From: Octopus vulgaris
Lineage: Eukaryota
Reading direction: 5' to 3'
NCBI GenBank assembly: GCA_951406725.2
Contig: OX597820.1
Coordinates: 95,604,001 to 95,668,000 of the forward strand
Length of the DNA: 64,000 nucleotides
Both the position numbers and the translations under genes were made by a program. The notes below the pieces were generated by a model. That model searched no databases, had not been told where the DNA came from, and was given only the letters and a program-made list of their open reading frames with translations. Shown here one piece after another: positions 53,169 through 64,000 of this stretch; within the stretch, counting starts at the first letter, position 1; every line of letters starts with the position of its first letter.

Positions 53169-53907
53169 CATACACATGTATATACATATGAATATATCTT
53201 ATATAAATAAATATATCATATGTATAAATATTATATATCATATTATATATCGCATATATGTATAAATATGATATATATATATGTATGTATGTATGTATAT
53301 ATATTCATATTTAATAACAGTTTGATTCAGCTCTATACAACTTAAAGTTTCGTTGCCTCACCACACGAACTTAGCTCGTCTCTCTGTATGTCGCCTGAAT
53401 TTTTTTAATTAGACTACAAATTACAGCTTCATCCAAATGTAAAGTTTGTATTATTTTTATTGTCTGTCTGATGACTTTCTAATACGAGATGTCTTACATG
53501 CTTATTCTACATGTTTAACTTTGTAGGAAATGAAAAGATATGTGATGGGGAATAAGTAATGCCAACTTCTGTTTTGACATATTACTACTCTGCAAGAAAC
53601 TATTTCTTAAATCTTAAGTTCAATGTTGGAGTATTGGGATATCAAGATGTGCTTCATAAGTACACACCTGTAGGCGAAATGTGGAATGACGTCACATTTC
53701 AAGGAAAAACGTGCAAGCGAAAGTTTTAACGCTGCCTCCATACAAACTTCTGGTACACTTTATAACTGTCCAAGCAACTTGAGTGATCTAATGTACAGTA
53801 CATACATATAACCACTGTAAACAATGTTATTTGTGCAGGTTGTTCAGCATGAAATCGTAGAACCTTCTTTCGAGAACTACGAGAAACTACTAAATACATC
53901 TATATTG

Positions 53908-54265
53908 TAAGGTAAAAAGTAAAGACCCCCGCACCGGTCATGAATGACCATGGAATTGCACATAAAAAGTTACTCTCCGAGGCACAAGTCTGGGCAAGGT
54001 TGTTTTTGGAAGACAAGCCGTCGCCTACTAGCCTGCATAGTAGCCTCCCTTCTCACGCCACCGATGCTATCCAAGGAAAAATCAAAGGCCGATACAGCTC
54101 GGCACCAGTGACGTTGCAACTCATTTCTACAGCTGAGTGAACTGGAACAACCTTCAATAAAGTGTCTTGCTCAAGAACACAACATACAGCCCAGTCCAAG
54201 AATCAAACTCACTACCTCATGATTGCGAGCCTGACGCTCTAACCACTGAGTCATGCACTTTCACA
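53908..54265 (-). mobile_element. tRNA-derived SINE (second type)
   Basis: TGACTCAGTGG A box, GTTTGATTC B box, GTGTTCTTGAGCAAGACACTT, and a (TTTAC)-type tail. Confidence 0.8.
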
Positions 54266-55816
54266 ACATGTATATGGACCAGAAAAATAACGGTCAAATG
54301 TCTTTAAAATGGATTTGTGTTGCACCAGTGCCATTGAACAAACTATCCACATTTCTGTTGGGATGGCCTAGCTCCTATTTCCTCTGATTCATACCTAATC
54401 TAATATATCATACTTATCTGTATCAAAGGAGGATGATATTAAACTAGAATACCATTAGGTCAGTCGTTATGAATATGCTTCAAAAGGTAGTGACGGTCAA
54501 TACATTGAAAACAGTAATTTAAGCCCAAATCTGCGTAATCTGAATGATTAGCCATATGATAAAAACCATTTACGTTCCAGTATTTTGTCTTTTAACAGGC
54601 TCAGTCTTTAACTCTGTCCTTTCTTCATATGAAGGTACAGCGGGATTTCAGGGAAATGGGGTTACTATTTCTAGCATACCATTTACAGGGAAAGCGTCTG
54701 TTTTTGGTTCTTGCGGTTGATTTATATCAAACTCTTTTTTTAACTGATATATTATTTTATGGACATCGGAATGATACAAGGCAAGTCGAAACCCGCTTGG
54801 TATGAACATATCGGGGATATAATAAAATACCGGAAGTCACTGTTTGCTTCTTTAAATATTTTTCCATCCACCACACATTTAGCAAAGAGTGTTGATGAGG
54901 AGAGTGACTCAAGTGATAAAACAGTCAGCAAGTGAATAGAAATAAGTATACAGAAAGCAAACTATAACAGAAAATATTATTGAATAAGATTAGTTCAAGA
55001 AAACAGGAGGAAAATAAATTTTAATGAAAGAAATGGTGATAGGACTTCAGTCAGCTCTAAACAGATAAATGATACTGGTAATTTCGACATGTTAGATAGG
55101 AAAATCCATATATTATATAAATGATAGAAAGTTATTCGTTGAGATGTTTGAAATCATAAATTACAAAATACACTTATTAGATTTCATGAGCTAATGCGTA
55201 TTTATATAGCTACAAGCAATATTTTCAAAAAATATATCTAGAATAAGAAGTACAACAGTCATAAAAGAGGTAAATAATCTGGTAAAGAAATGCGAATATA
55301 AAATAGTCCAGAAGATAATCGCAGCAGTAGCTGTAGTAGTATTTGTAAACTTTGCAATAAACTGTACTTAAAAGAGCGTGTCCTATTTTCAAAAGAATGA
55401 AGCTGTAAAAATCAGAAATAAAGTTACAGAATTATGTTTTTATCTTATTTGCTAAATCAATTAAGTTATTAATTTGCAAAGTTAAGGAATATCATGCCTC
55501 ATAGGAGTTGTTCCGAAATTAATTATTAAGGGTTGCTTCGTTTCTGTTGTTGCAGAAATCAACGATCATAATCGAAAGCGAACTTCTTTCTCAGTTCGAT
55601 CTTAGATGTGCAATGTCAAAGGGCTTAAAAATTTGGCTGCGGAAATGTACGCATTTTAAACGACAAGATATCAGCCGAAACGTTGTGTTAACAACAAACA
55701 AGATGAGGACAAATATACGTTAAATGTAAATAATGTATATAAAACCGAGTTCGATTCCAGTCAGTGACCTGAATAATAATAATGATAATAACAATAATAA
55801 CAATAATAATAATAAC

Positions 55817-55848
<32 letters not shown>

Positions 55849-55886
55849 TAACAATAATAATAATAATAATGATAATAATAATAATG

Positions 55887-55947
<61 letters not shown>

Positions 55948-55948
<1 letters not shown>

Positions 55949-58563
55949 GCTTCTTTGAACAGAACAAAAAGTTCAACTCCGACCCCAAAAAGTTCTACCA
56001 AGAACTGGGCAAAAATAAAATAGAAGTCACTGCAGCACCAACGGCAGAAGAATTGGAAGAATTCTGGAGAGAAATATGGTCGGCGACCGAACAGCCAAAA
56101 AAAAGGAGTATGAAAATAACAAACTCGGCATCTGAACAACTTTGGTCCCCCATAACAACTGAAGAGGTCACCCAGGCACTGCAAAAACTAAGCAACTGGA
56201 AGGCACCTGGGCATGACAAGATCCCCAACTTCTGGTTGAAATATCTAACAGGAATGCACAAAAAGCTGGCTGAAAACTTTAACAGCATACTAGCAGAGCC
56301 AGAGACAATGCCTGAATGGCTCACGAAGGGGAAAACCATCTTAATTCCCAAATCAAATGAAACAACAAAACCAGAAAACTACAGACCAATAACCTGCCTC
56401 CCTACTATGTTCAAGGCATTTACTGCAGTGATATCGCAAAGGCTGAACAAGCACTTGGACGAAAACAAACTGTTCCCAGAAGAGCAGAAAGGATGCCGCA
56501 AGGGCTCATATGGCTGTAAAGATCAACTAATGATTAATAAAGCCGTAACTGAAGACAGCCACAGAAAGAAGAAAGGCCTCAGTATGGCCTGGATTGACTA
56601 CAAAAAGGCGTTTGATAGCATCCCCCACACATGGATCCTCGAAACACTAGCCATTTACAAAGTAGCACCAACAATCATAAAATTCATAGAGCACTCTATG
56701 AATAAATGGCAAACAGTCCTACACCTCCAAACAAAAGAGGGACTCATGAAAACCAAAGACATCCCCATTAGAAGAGGAATATTCCAGGGAGACACGCTCT
56801 CTCCACTCCTTTTCTGCTTGGCACTGTCACCTCTATCTGATATGCTAAATAGAACTGGATGCGGATATAAATGTTACGGCAAAACGATCAACCACCTTTT
56901 ATATAAGGAATGACCTAAACTATACGCTGCAAATGACAAACAGCTGGAAACACTATTAAAGACAGTTCATGGATTTACCAAAGAAATAGATATGAAATTT
57001 GGATTAGAAAAATGCGCCAAAGTAACCATGAAAAGAGGAAAACTAGTTAAGAGTAACAACATCACACTAGATAAAACCAATGAAATAAAAGAATTAGACC
57101 AAAGCCAAACTTACAAATACTTAGGAATCCATGAACTAGATAAGACACAACACACACAAATGAAAGAGAAAATAAAAAAAGAATATTATAGACGAGTTAG
57201 ATCAATACTAAAAACAGAGCTCAATGCTAAAAACAAGATAATAGGTATCAACACTTTAGCTGTCCCAGTTATAAGTTACAGCTACAATATCCTTAACTGG
57301 ACACGAAATGAACTGTCCAAAATAGATAGGAAAACAAGAAAAATACTGACAGGATCTAGGATGCATCACCCAAAATCTGACACAGAAAGACTATATATAC
57401 AACGTATAGAAGGTGGTAGAGGCCTTATACAGCTGGAAAACTACTATAAAATAACCACCATAGGACTGCAAAAATACCTACTTCAGAAGGAAGGAAAACT
57501 GATCCAGATAGCAGCAAAACACGAGCAAAACAAAAAACTGTTCTCAGTATTTAAGGAAGCTGACAAATACAAACAAGAAATCGTACCACCTAATAAACAC
57601 AAAGAAGAAGAAGAAGATGATGAAGAAACAACAAAAGCTATAAAACAAATGAAATCCAAACTAAAAATAGAACAGCAACGAGCCATGATAAAACGATGGC
57701 AAGAAAAGCCCCTTCATGGTAAATACTGCACTAAACTAAACGCAAAAGAAATAGACAAAGAAAAATCCCAGCAATGGTTGAGACGCTCAGGACTCAAAGC
57801 AGAAACAGAGGGATTTTTAATTGCAGCACAAGACCAAAGCCTCCCCACCAGAAATTACCAAAAACATGTAATGAAAAGAAATATTACAAGTAACTGCAGA
57901 ATATGTGGAGATGGACAAGAAACAATAAATCATATTATCTCTAGCTGCCCAGTCCTGGCTAAGAAGGAATATATTCACAGACATGACAGAGTTGGAACCT
58001 ACATACATTGGAAGCTATGCCAACATTATGGAATAACAACAGAAAAAAGATGGTATAGGCACACACCAGAAAAGGTCACAGAAAACGAGAAAGCAACCAT
58101 ACTCTGGGATATGCCGATACACACAGATAGAGAAATTAAGGCCAACAGACCAGATATAGTTGTCAGAGATCATGAAGAAAAAAAATGCTTTCTAATTGAT
58201 GTATCAATACCGGCAGATGACAACGTGTCTCTAAAAGAAATGGAGAAACTCTCAAAATACAAAGACCTGGAAATAGAGGTAACTAGAATGTGGAACCTGA
58301 AAACAGAAACAATTCCTATCATAGTAGGTGCATTAGGCATGATAAAAAAATATTCAGACAAATACATAACAAAAACACCAGGACTTACAAACACATATAA
58401 CATACAGAAAATTGCACTACTAGGCACTGCACACATCCTACGCAGAACACTTTCCATACAATAACCATCAGAGCATCACAACAAATCACAGCACATCCCA
58501 AGGCACACAGAGCTGCGCTCGGTAGTGAAGTGAAAGCACGCTATAAAAATAAAAATAAAACTA

Positions 58564-58567
<4 letters not shown>
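55948..58567 (+). mobile_element. 5'-truncated young R4/Dong-type LINE (RT plus restriction-like endonuclease)
   Basis: Single frame 55948-58464 with one stop (56911-56913) at the YMDD site. CRIC..ETINHIISSC, RHD, NRPDIV, EKLSKYKDL. (AAT)n on both sides. Confidence 0.95.
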
Positions 58568-58616
<49 letters not shown>

Positions 58617-58686
58617 CGAAAAATACCTTAGGTTCGAAATTTTGAAAAATAACATCGAAAAATACCCAGGTTCGAAATTTCCCTAA

Positions 58687-58732
58687 GATACCTGATGAAG
58701 GCTTTAGGGTATATCAGCCGAAACGTTGTGTT
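58687..58732 (+). ncRNA. Minimal type I hammerhead-ribozyme motif
   Basis: GATAC-CTGATGA-A-GGCT(12-nt loop)AGCC-GAAA-CG-TT-GTGTT. Intact core, palindromic ACGT stem III, predicted cut after 58727. Confidence 0.7.
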
Positions 58733-58801
58733 AACAACAAACAAGATGACAAATATCCGTCAAAAGTAAATAATGTAAATAACATTATTATTATTATTAT
58801 T

Positions 58802-58965
58802 AAGGCGGCGAGCTAGCAGAATCGTTTGCACGCCGGGCGAAATTCTTAGCGGCATTTTGTCTGTCTCACGTTCTGAGTTCAAATGCCGCCGGTGTCGATA
58901 AAATGAATATCAGTGGAGTACTGGGGCTGATGTAATCGACTCTTCTCCTCTCCCAAATTTTCCCC
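58802..58965 (+). mobile_element. tRNA-derived SINE with internal deletion
   Basis: Family head and tail. Confidence 0.8.
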
Positions 58966-59219
58966 AAAAGGCGCTGTTACACATCACTTTATAATTCAAA
59001 ATTTAGTATGTATATATGCGTGAGGGGGTGTATATAAAAATGTGTGTGTGCGTGTGTGTGTGTGTATCTTTCAGTTTGGTCCCCCATTACTGCTTGACGA
59101 CCGGTGTTGGTTTCTTTACGTCCCCATGACTTAACAGTTCGGGAAAAAAACGGAAAAAGTAAATACCAGGCTTTAAAAAATAAGTACTGGGGTTGATTTG
59201 CTTAACGAAAGATAAAAAG

Positions 59220-59314
<95 letters not shown>

Positions 59315-59479
59315 ACACACACAATAGATTTCTGCAGCTTCAGCCTTCTAAATGTCCAAATACATTGGCTATCCAAAGTTCCATTTGCACTGTTTTTGCA
59401 AGATTTTTCCCAGAAAAATCGAACCAAAAACTACGTCTTTGTGCAGCAAGTTTTTCAATTACACATCTTCCGTAATGGC

Positions 59480-59990
59480 TAAGTCGGCCTACAGATTTCA
59501 TCACGTTATTATTTTCCTTTGATCAGAGCGGCCAATTGTTGGAGTAACATTGGTACTGATAGACTGGCAATCATCAGACACCATTGGTCCTTGTCATCTG
59601 TCGCAGTAAAGAGTCGTTGTGTGGGGACCTGTCCACGCGTTAATGTTAATAGACTAAGAGTTTCATTATCTTCTTTTACTTCGATCTTTCCGGTTCCACT
59701 GCAGCAAAATGTGGTCTTTGTTTTCCAGCATATTGCTTGGCTTGCTGCCGAACAAGCTGTTTGTCTTGCGCCTCCACAATTCAGTAACTTTAATTATAGC
59801 TAACAACAAATTAATCAAACAAATTAATCAATCTAAGTTCCTCAGTCTTAGTAAATAATATAATAACAAACAAACTACATGAGATAGTAAAAAAAAAGCG
59901 TCGGCCATCTGTCCTGATTACATAACTGACTGTTGTGTGTTCGAGAGGGAAGTTAGCGTAACAAACAGGAAAGGGTCACACAATCTGTAG
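59480..59990 (-). mobile_element. Decayed Gypsy gag relic
   Basis: VDRSP..SLLRQM and LLQQLA resemble the LGDRxPSxLLxxM and FLxxLP gag motifs. PBS-like GTGACCC near 59975. Confidence 0.4.
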
Positions 59991-62900
59991 ATATAACGGC
60001 ACTGTTACTTGTTTAGTTACAAATATTCTATATATTTCTCACGTCATCTATGACTTGCAGTAATCATTAGAACATGCTTCCCCGTGGAGGTCCAACCAAA
60101 TCGAAGCATGCCTGGAATTGTCAGGGAACTGCTAATGATTAGATTCAGTCTCACTACATTTTAATGACTTAAATTAAAATTCTTAATTGTCTCACCTTGC
60201 GTACGTTCGCTAAAATTAGTAATTTAGAAGATTATTGCTTTCACCATTAAGCTTATATTTTCACTTAATAACTTGGCTTCCTCTGTTCAGTTTCCTGGCA
60301 CACATTTTATTTATTCAAATTCTCACAATAACTACTGAAGTAAAATGCTCTAGAAAGAACGAGTAGAACCAAAGTAAATTCAAATGTTTACTCCTGTTAA
60401 AGTGGGCTTTATTCATTTAGATAATAACAATTTTTAAAAATCATAAATTGACCTAGATAATGATCGAGTTCACCAGCACAGTAAAATACCCGCCTATCTC
60501 TTATAGTTTTTAATTTTGTGTCAGTATATTTAGCTTTATACTTTATGATCGATAAAAATTAATACAATTAATATAGCGAAATCGAGTCAACTGACTCCAT
60601 TTTATCTTCAATAAATATTAGTCATGTGATTAGCGAAAATCAAACAATTCCTCCATTTTAGCAACAACATATCAATTCTCAAGACTATTCTTGCTTTTTA
60701 CAGCATCAGCTGAATAGAAATATGAATTAAAACAGAAATTTCTACAATCGATACGATTTTATGTACACTTGTATGTATAGTCTGAAGCATTTTTTACTTC
60801 CATGAATAGGGATTTTGAATAGAATTTGTGACAGCGTACAATAAAATGCTACAGACTGTTATATCTACATCCTTAATAATCAGCTAATATCTAGGCCAAA
60901 TAAAAAAAAGTCGTTGTTTTCCTTCCAAAAATAACAATCTCTTTATTACATTTTTATGCATTGGTAATAAATCACAAAATGGGTGGAGTTAGTTTATTTA
61001 CTAACCAACAATTGCTAATCCGTAATTTCACCCTATGTCATGTGTGCATGTCATATAATCCTTCATTTAATTATGAAGAAATCGATGACATTTTAAGGCT
61101 TGAAGTAAATTTCATCAGATGTGGACGAAAATAAACAATAGTCAAATTACAAATATAATAGCTAAAATTATTAATGCATAAAGCAAAAGATTTACATCAG
61201 TATTTTTATTGCTTTTTTATTTGCTAGACAACGCATAAATGAGAAAATGATGCATAGATGAAAAAGAAAAACAACAACAACAAAAAGCAAAGTCACTCAG
61301 TAGCATTAGAATTATACAGCATATAAAAGATCTTGACTAAATAATGTGGTGAATTATTCTGGCGTTGTACTAATTCTGCTTAATAATTACCCTCTGACTA
61401 ATTTAGAATGCCGCAGAAAAAAACCTTCCACTCTAACATAGCAAAGAATGGCGAATCTGAGTTTGCTTAGACGCACCATATATATTGATCAATGTTTCCA
61501 GGCCTATAGTTTAACAGTATCATGACAGTATCTGCCATTTATTTGTTCTGATGAAGCAAAATAGATTAATTTTTTTTTTAGACAGTAAACTGGAGCTTTT
61601 AGCTTTTTATTTATTTTACTTACAATTGCTGAGACCATGCTGGAACAGTACGTTAATAATATTTTTAAAATGTTTTAGTAATAAACTCCTTAATTTTCAC
61701 TGGAGTTACATAGGGATCTGAACCGAGTCGTGAACTCATATTATACGGAACTAAATTGGAAATTATATAAGGCATTTTAATCTTACGTTCAATTCTCTTA
61801 GGCATTATTTTTAGTAAAGATTAAATTTGGTTTTTCATGTTGAGATCTGATGGAGAAAATAAATTTCTCAGAGATGTAGAAAAACAAAAAGACAAAAACA
61901 AAAACAAACAAAACAAAAAAGCAAGGAAGCAAAAACAAAAAAACGTAATTTTGGTTGAAAGTCTTTTACGAAAATTCGATTAAGGAAATGTACTTAAAAG
62001 AATATTAGAATTCTCTGATCCAATTCCCAAAGGATAAGATATCATGCTAATAATTTTGAAAAGTTAAAAAGTTTTTGATATGAAAAAATATGAAGGATAT
62101 TGTTTTACGTGTCTGTTTGAATAGATTTATTGAACTTGTTTGGTTTCACGCCAGTTTGAAGTGCCAGCTACTGACATGTTCTTCTGACACACTTCAAATA
62201 ATTTTCGTAGGCAGTCCTGATATAATACGCTAAACCTTATTTGGTGAAACGAACTATGCTAGATACGTTATACAAACAAAATATTTTTTATTTGTATTAT
62301 TTTCTCTGCATGTTTTGTTTTGTTTTGTTTTTCATTTAGCACTATTACTCCTGACTCAACCTTCATATGAAAATATTTGTCCTGAACTGAGAATTTTACA
62401 GTTCTTTTTTTATATTTTTGATTCTAGCAATCAAATAGCAATAAAAATTCTCGATGCTTTAAAATTTTGTTATTGGAAAATTATGTTTTAAAATCATTAG
62501 AGTTTCGGTCGAGAGAATTTGAATAAGTGACTCAACAAGTAGACAGCTAATTAATTTAATGATGCTTTTTTTGCGGTAATATATAGAATCTTTTCTATAC
62601 TCGATTTTTCTGTGAACAGTGTCATTAACTATGCAGAGTTGAAGCTTACTGGCTATTTATACTGCTATTTTTATTACACTTGCAACGACCTAATCTTTTC
62701 AGCAACAACTAGATATGTTTGAATTATTTTTGCATAATTATTGCGTTGCATTGCTTTATTCAGTTTTAATTGGCAAGACCTCGTTGTCAATAAAAACATA
62801 CATTATTTTAACCTTGAAGCAAGAATAATTATACTGATTTACCACATTGACACAGGCCATAAATTTGTGGTCTGATCGACTGATTCAGATTCTGAACATA

Positions 62901-63470
62901 ATTAGTAATTGCTCTATAATCTTCAGCTGGATCAAAGGCAAAGTCCAGAAGCGGTACGATCTAATCTCAACAGACAGAGACAAAACCGAACATTTTGATG
63001 CATTTAGTTCGGTGCTTTGTCATTCCTAACATCAATTGTCCTGATAAAAATTTTAAAATTTAATATAATTCAGGAAAACAGACGCTAAGATAAATGTTTT
63101 TTAATTGGTTAGATTATTGAAATTTAGGTCATTATTTTTCTAAGCGAAAGCTTCATAAATAGTATTTTAGGACTGTTAACTTAATCTTTTAGGACTGTAT
63201 CTTAATATTTTATTTCGTATTCTGCAAATCTGACATATACATCATTAGGTATTGAACCTTGAAACAGAAAGGTTGTAAATAAATAGTATGAGGCAATCTA
63301 TTGTTTTAGCCTTTCCACTCGACTTCCCTAATACGAATTATTTCAGAACATAATTATTTAAACCAGATACTGTATGGCAATTTGTTCAGTGCTCTCCTGT
63401 TTTTCTTACACAACTGTACCTTCATTACCCGGTCTGAAGGTAATGAAGGTAATGAAGGTCTCCGTACCCA

Positions 63471-63495
63471 GCTGCTGCTGCTGCTGCTGCTGCTG

Positions 63496-63545
<50 letters not shown>
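63471..63545. repeat. (CTG)n(CTA)n microsatellite
   Basis: Directly visible. Confidence 0.95.
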
Positions 63546-63546
<1 letters not shown>

Positions 63547-64000
63547 TTTGAGAGGTACAGGTCCGCAGAAGACGGTAGAGTAAAATAGTTTATGTCGGTT
63601 CCAATTCTTGACTAGTACATAATTTGTTAACCCGAGTAGGAAAGAAGAGAATGCAAAGAGTTAACTTTGGCGGGATTTGGAATTCGTGTGTTAAGGTATA
63701 TAACTATAGGTCACCTCATAATTACAGCATTCTAGACCCAAACTCACTGCGTTAGCACCTTGAGCATGTGTCTTCTATAATCTTACGTTGACAAGTTCGT
63801 TGTGTGTGGAATTTGGAATTTAAAGAATGGAGTCTGTGTCGAACCCTGTCGTGTATAAACGCGCACATGCATACTCACACTCATGCAATGCTTAGCTGTC
63901 ATTCGCAAGAGTGCGTGACCTGGTAGCTTTCGCTAGTTGTTGTGGGGCACCCACTCATACCTATCCTACCTCCTGATGCAGTGAAATATCGAGGGCGTAA

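Larger units (their letters stand above)
55668..58781 (+). mobile_element. tRNA-head/(AAT)n/hammerhead element in partial-tandem form, with a LINE nested in its (AAT)n
   Basis: Direct repeats 55668-55737 and 58711-58777. B box GAGTTCGATTCC at ~55747. Confidence 0.75.

Noticed and set aside
60200-63350. Long apparently unique AT-rich stretch
   Set aside because: No ORF, exon or repeat structure that I can support.

Overview
AT-rich, microsatellite-dense eukaryotic DNA. The SINE content suggests an octopus or related cephalopod; this is inference from repeat resemblance only. I see no intact host gene. The window is mostly transposable elements: (AAT)n-embedded R4/Dong-type non-LTR retrotransposons with a restriction-like endonuclease (one 5'-inverted copy with an unbroken ~900-codon ORF, one 5'-truncated copy and many fragments), a CR1/L2-type LINE 3' end, a Penelope-like relic, a Gypsy provirus lacking RT/RNase H, mariner relics, a Helitron-like element and many tRNA-derived SINEs. 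Scattered minus-strand remnants suggest a decayed leucine-rich-repeat (LRR) gene with one clean 72-bp exon. Two themes stand out. First, several short non-coding elements carry minimal hammerhead-ribozyme-like motifs: a tRNA-head/(AAT)n element with Penelope-style ends, a 220-bp hairpin, a 151-bp tandem repeat and a 431-bp near-perfect palindrome with a promoter-like spacer. Second, fold-back and templated duplications occur at retrotransposon junctions. All calls were made by eye. Most short ORFs in the supplied track are microsatellite or SINE artefacts.
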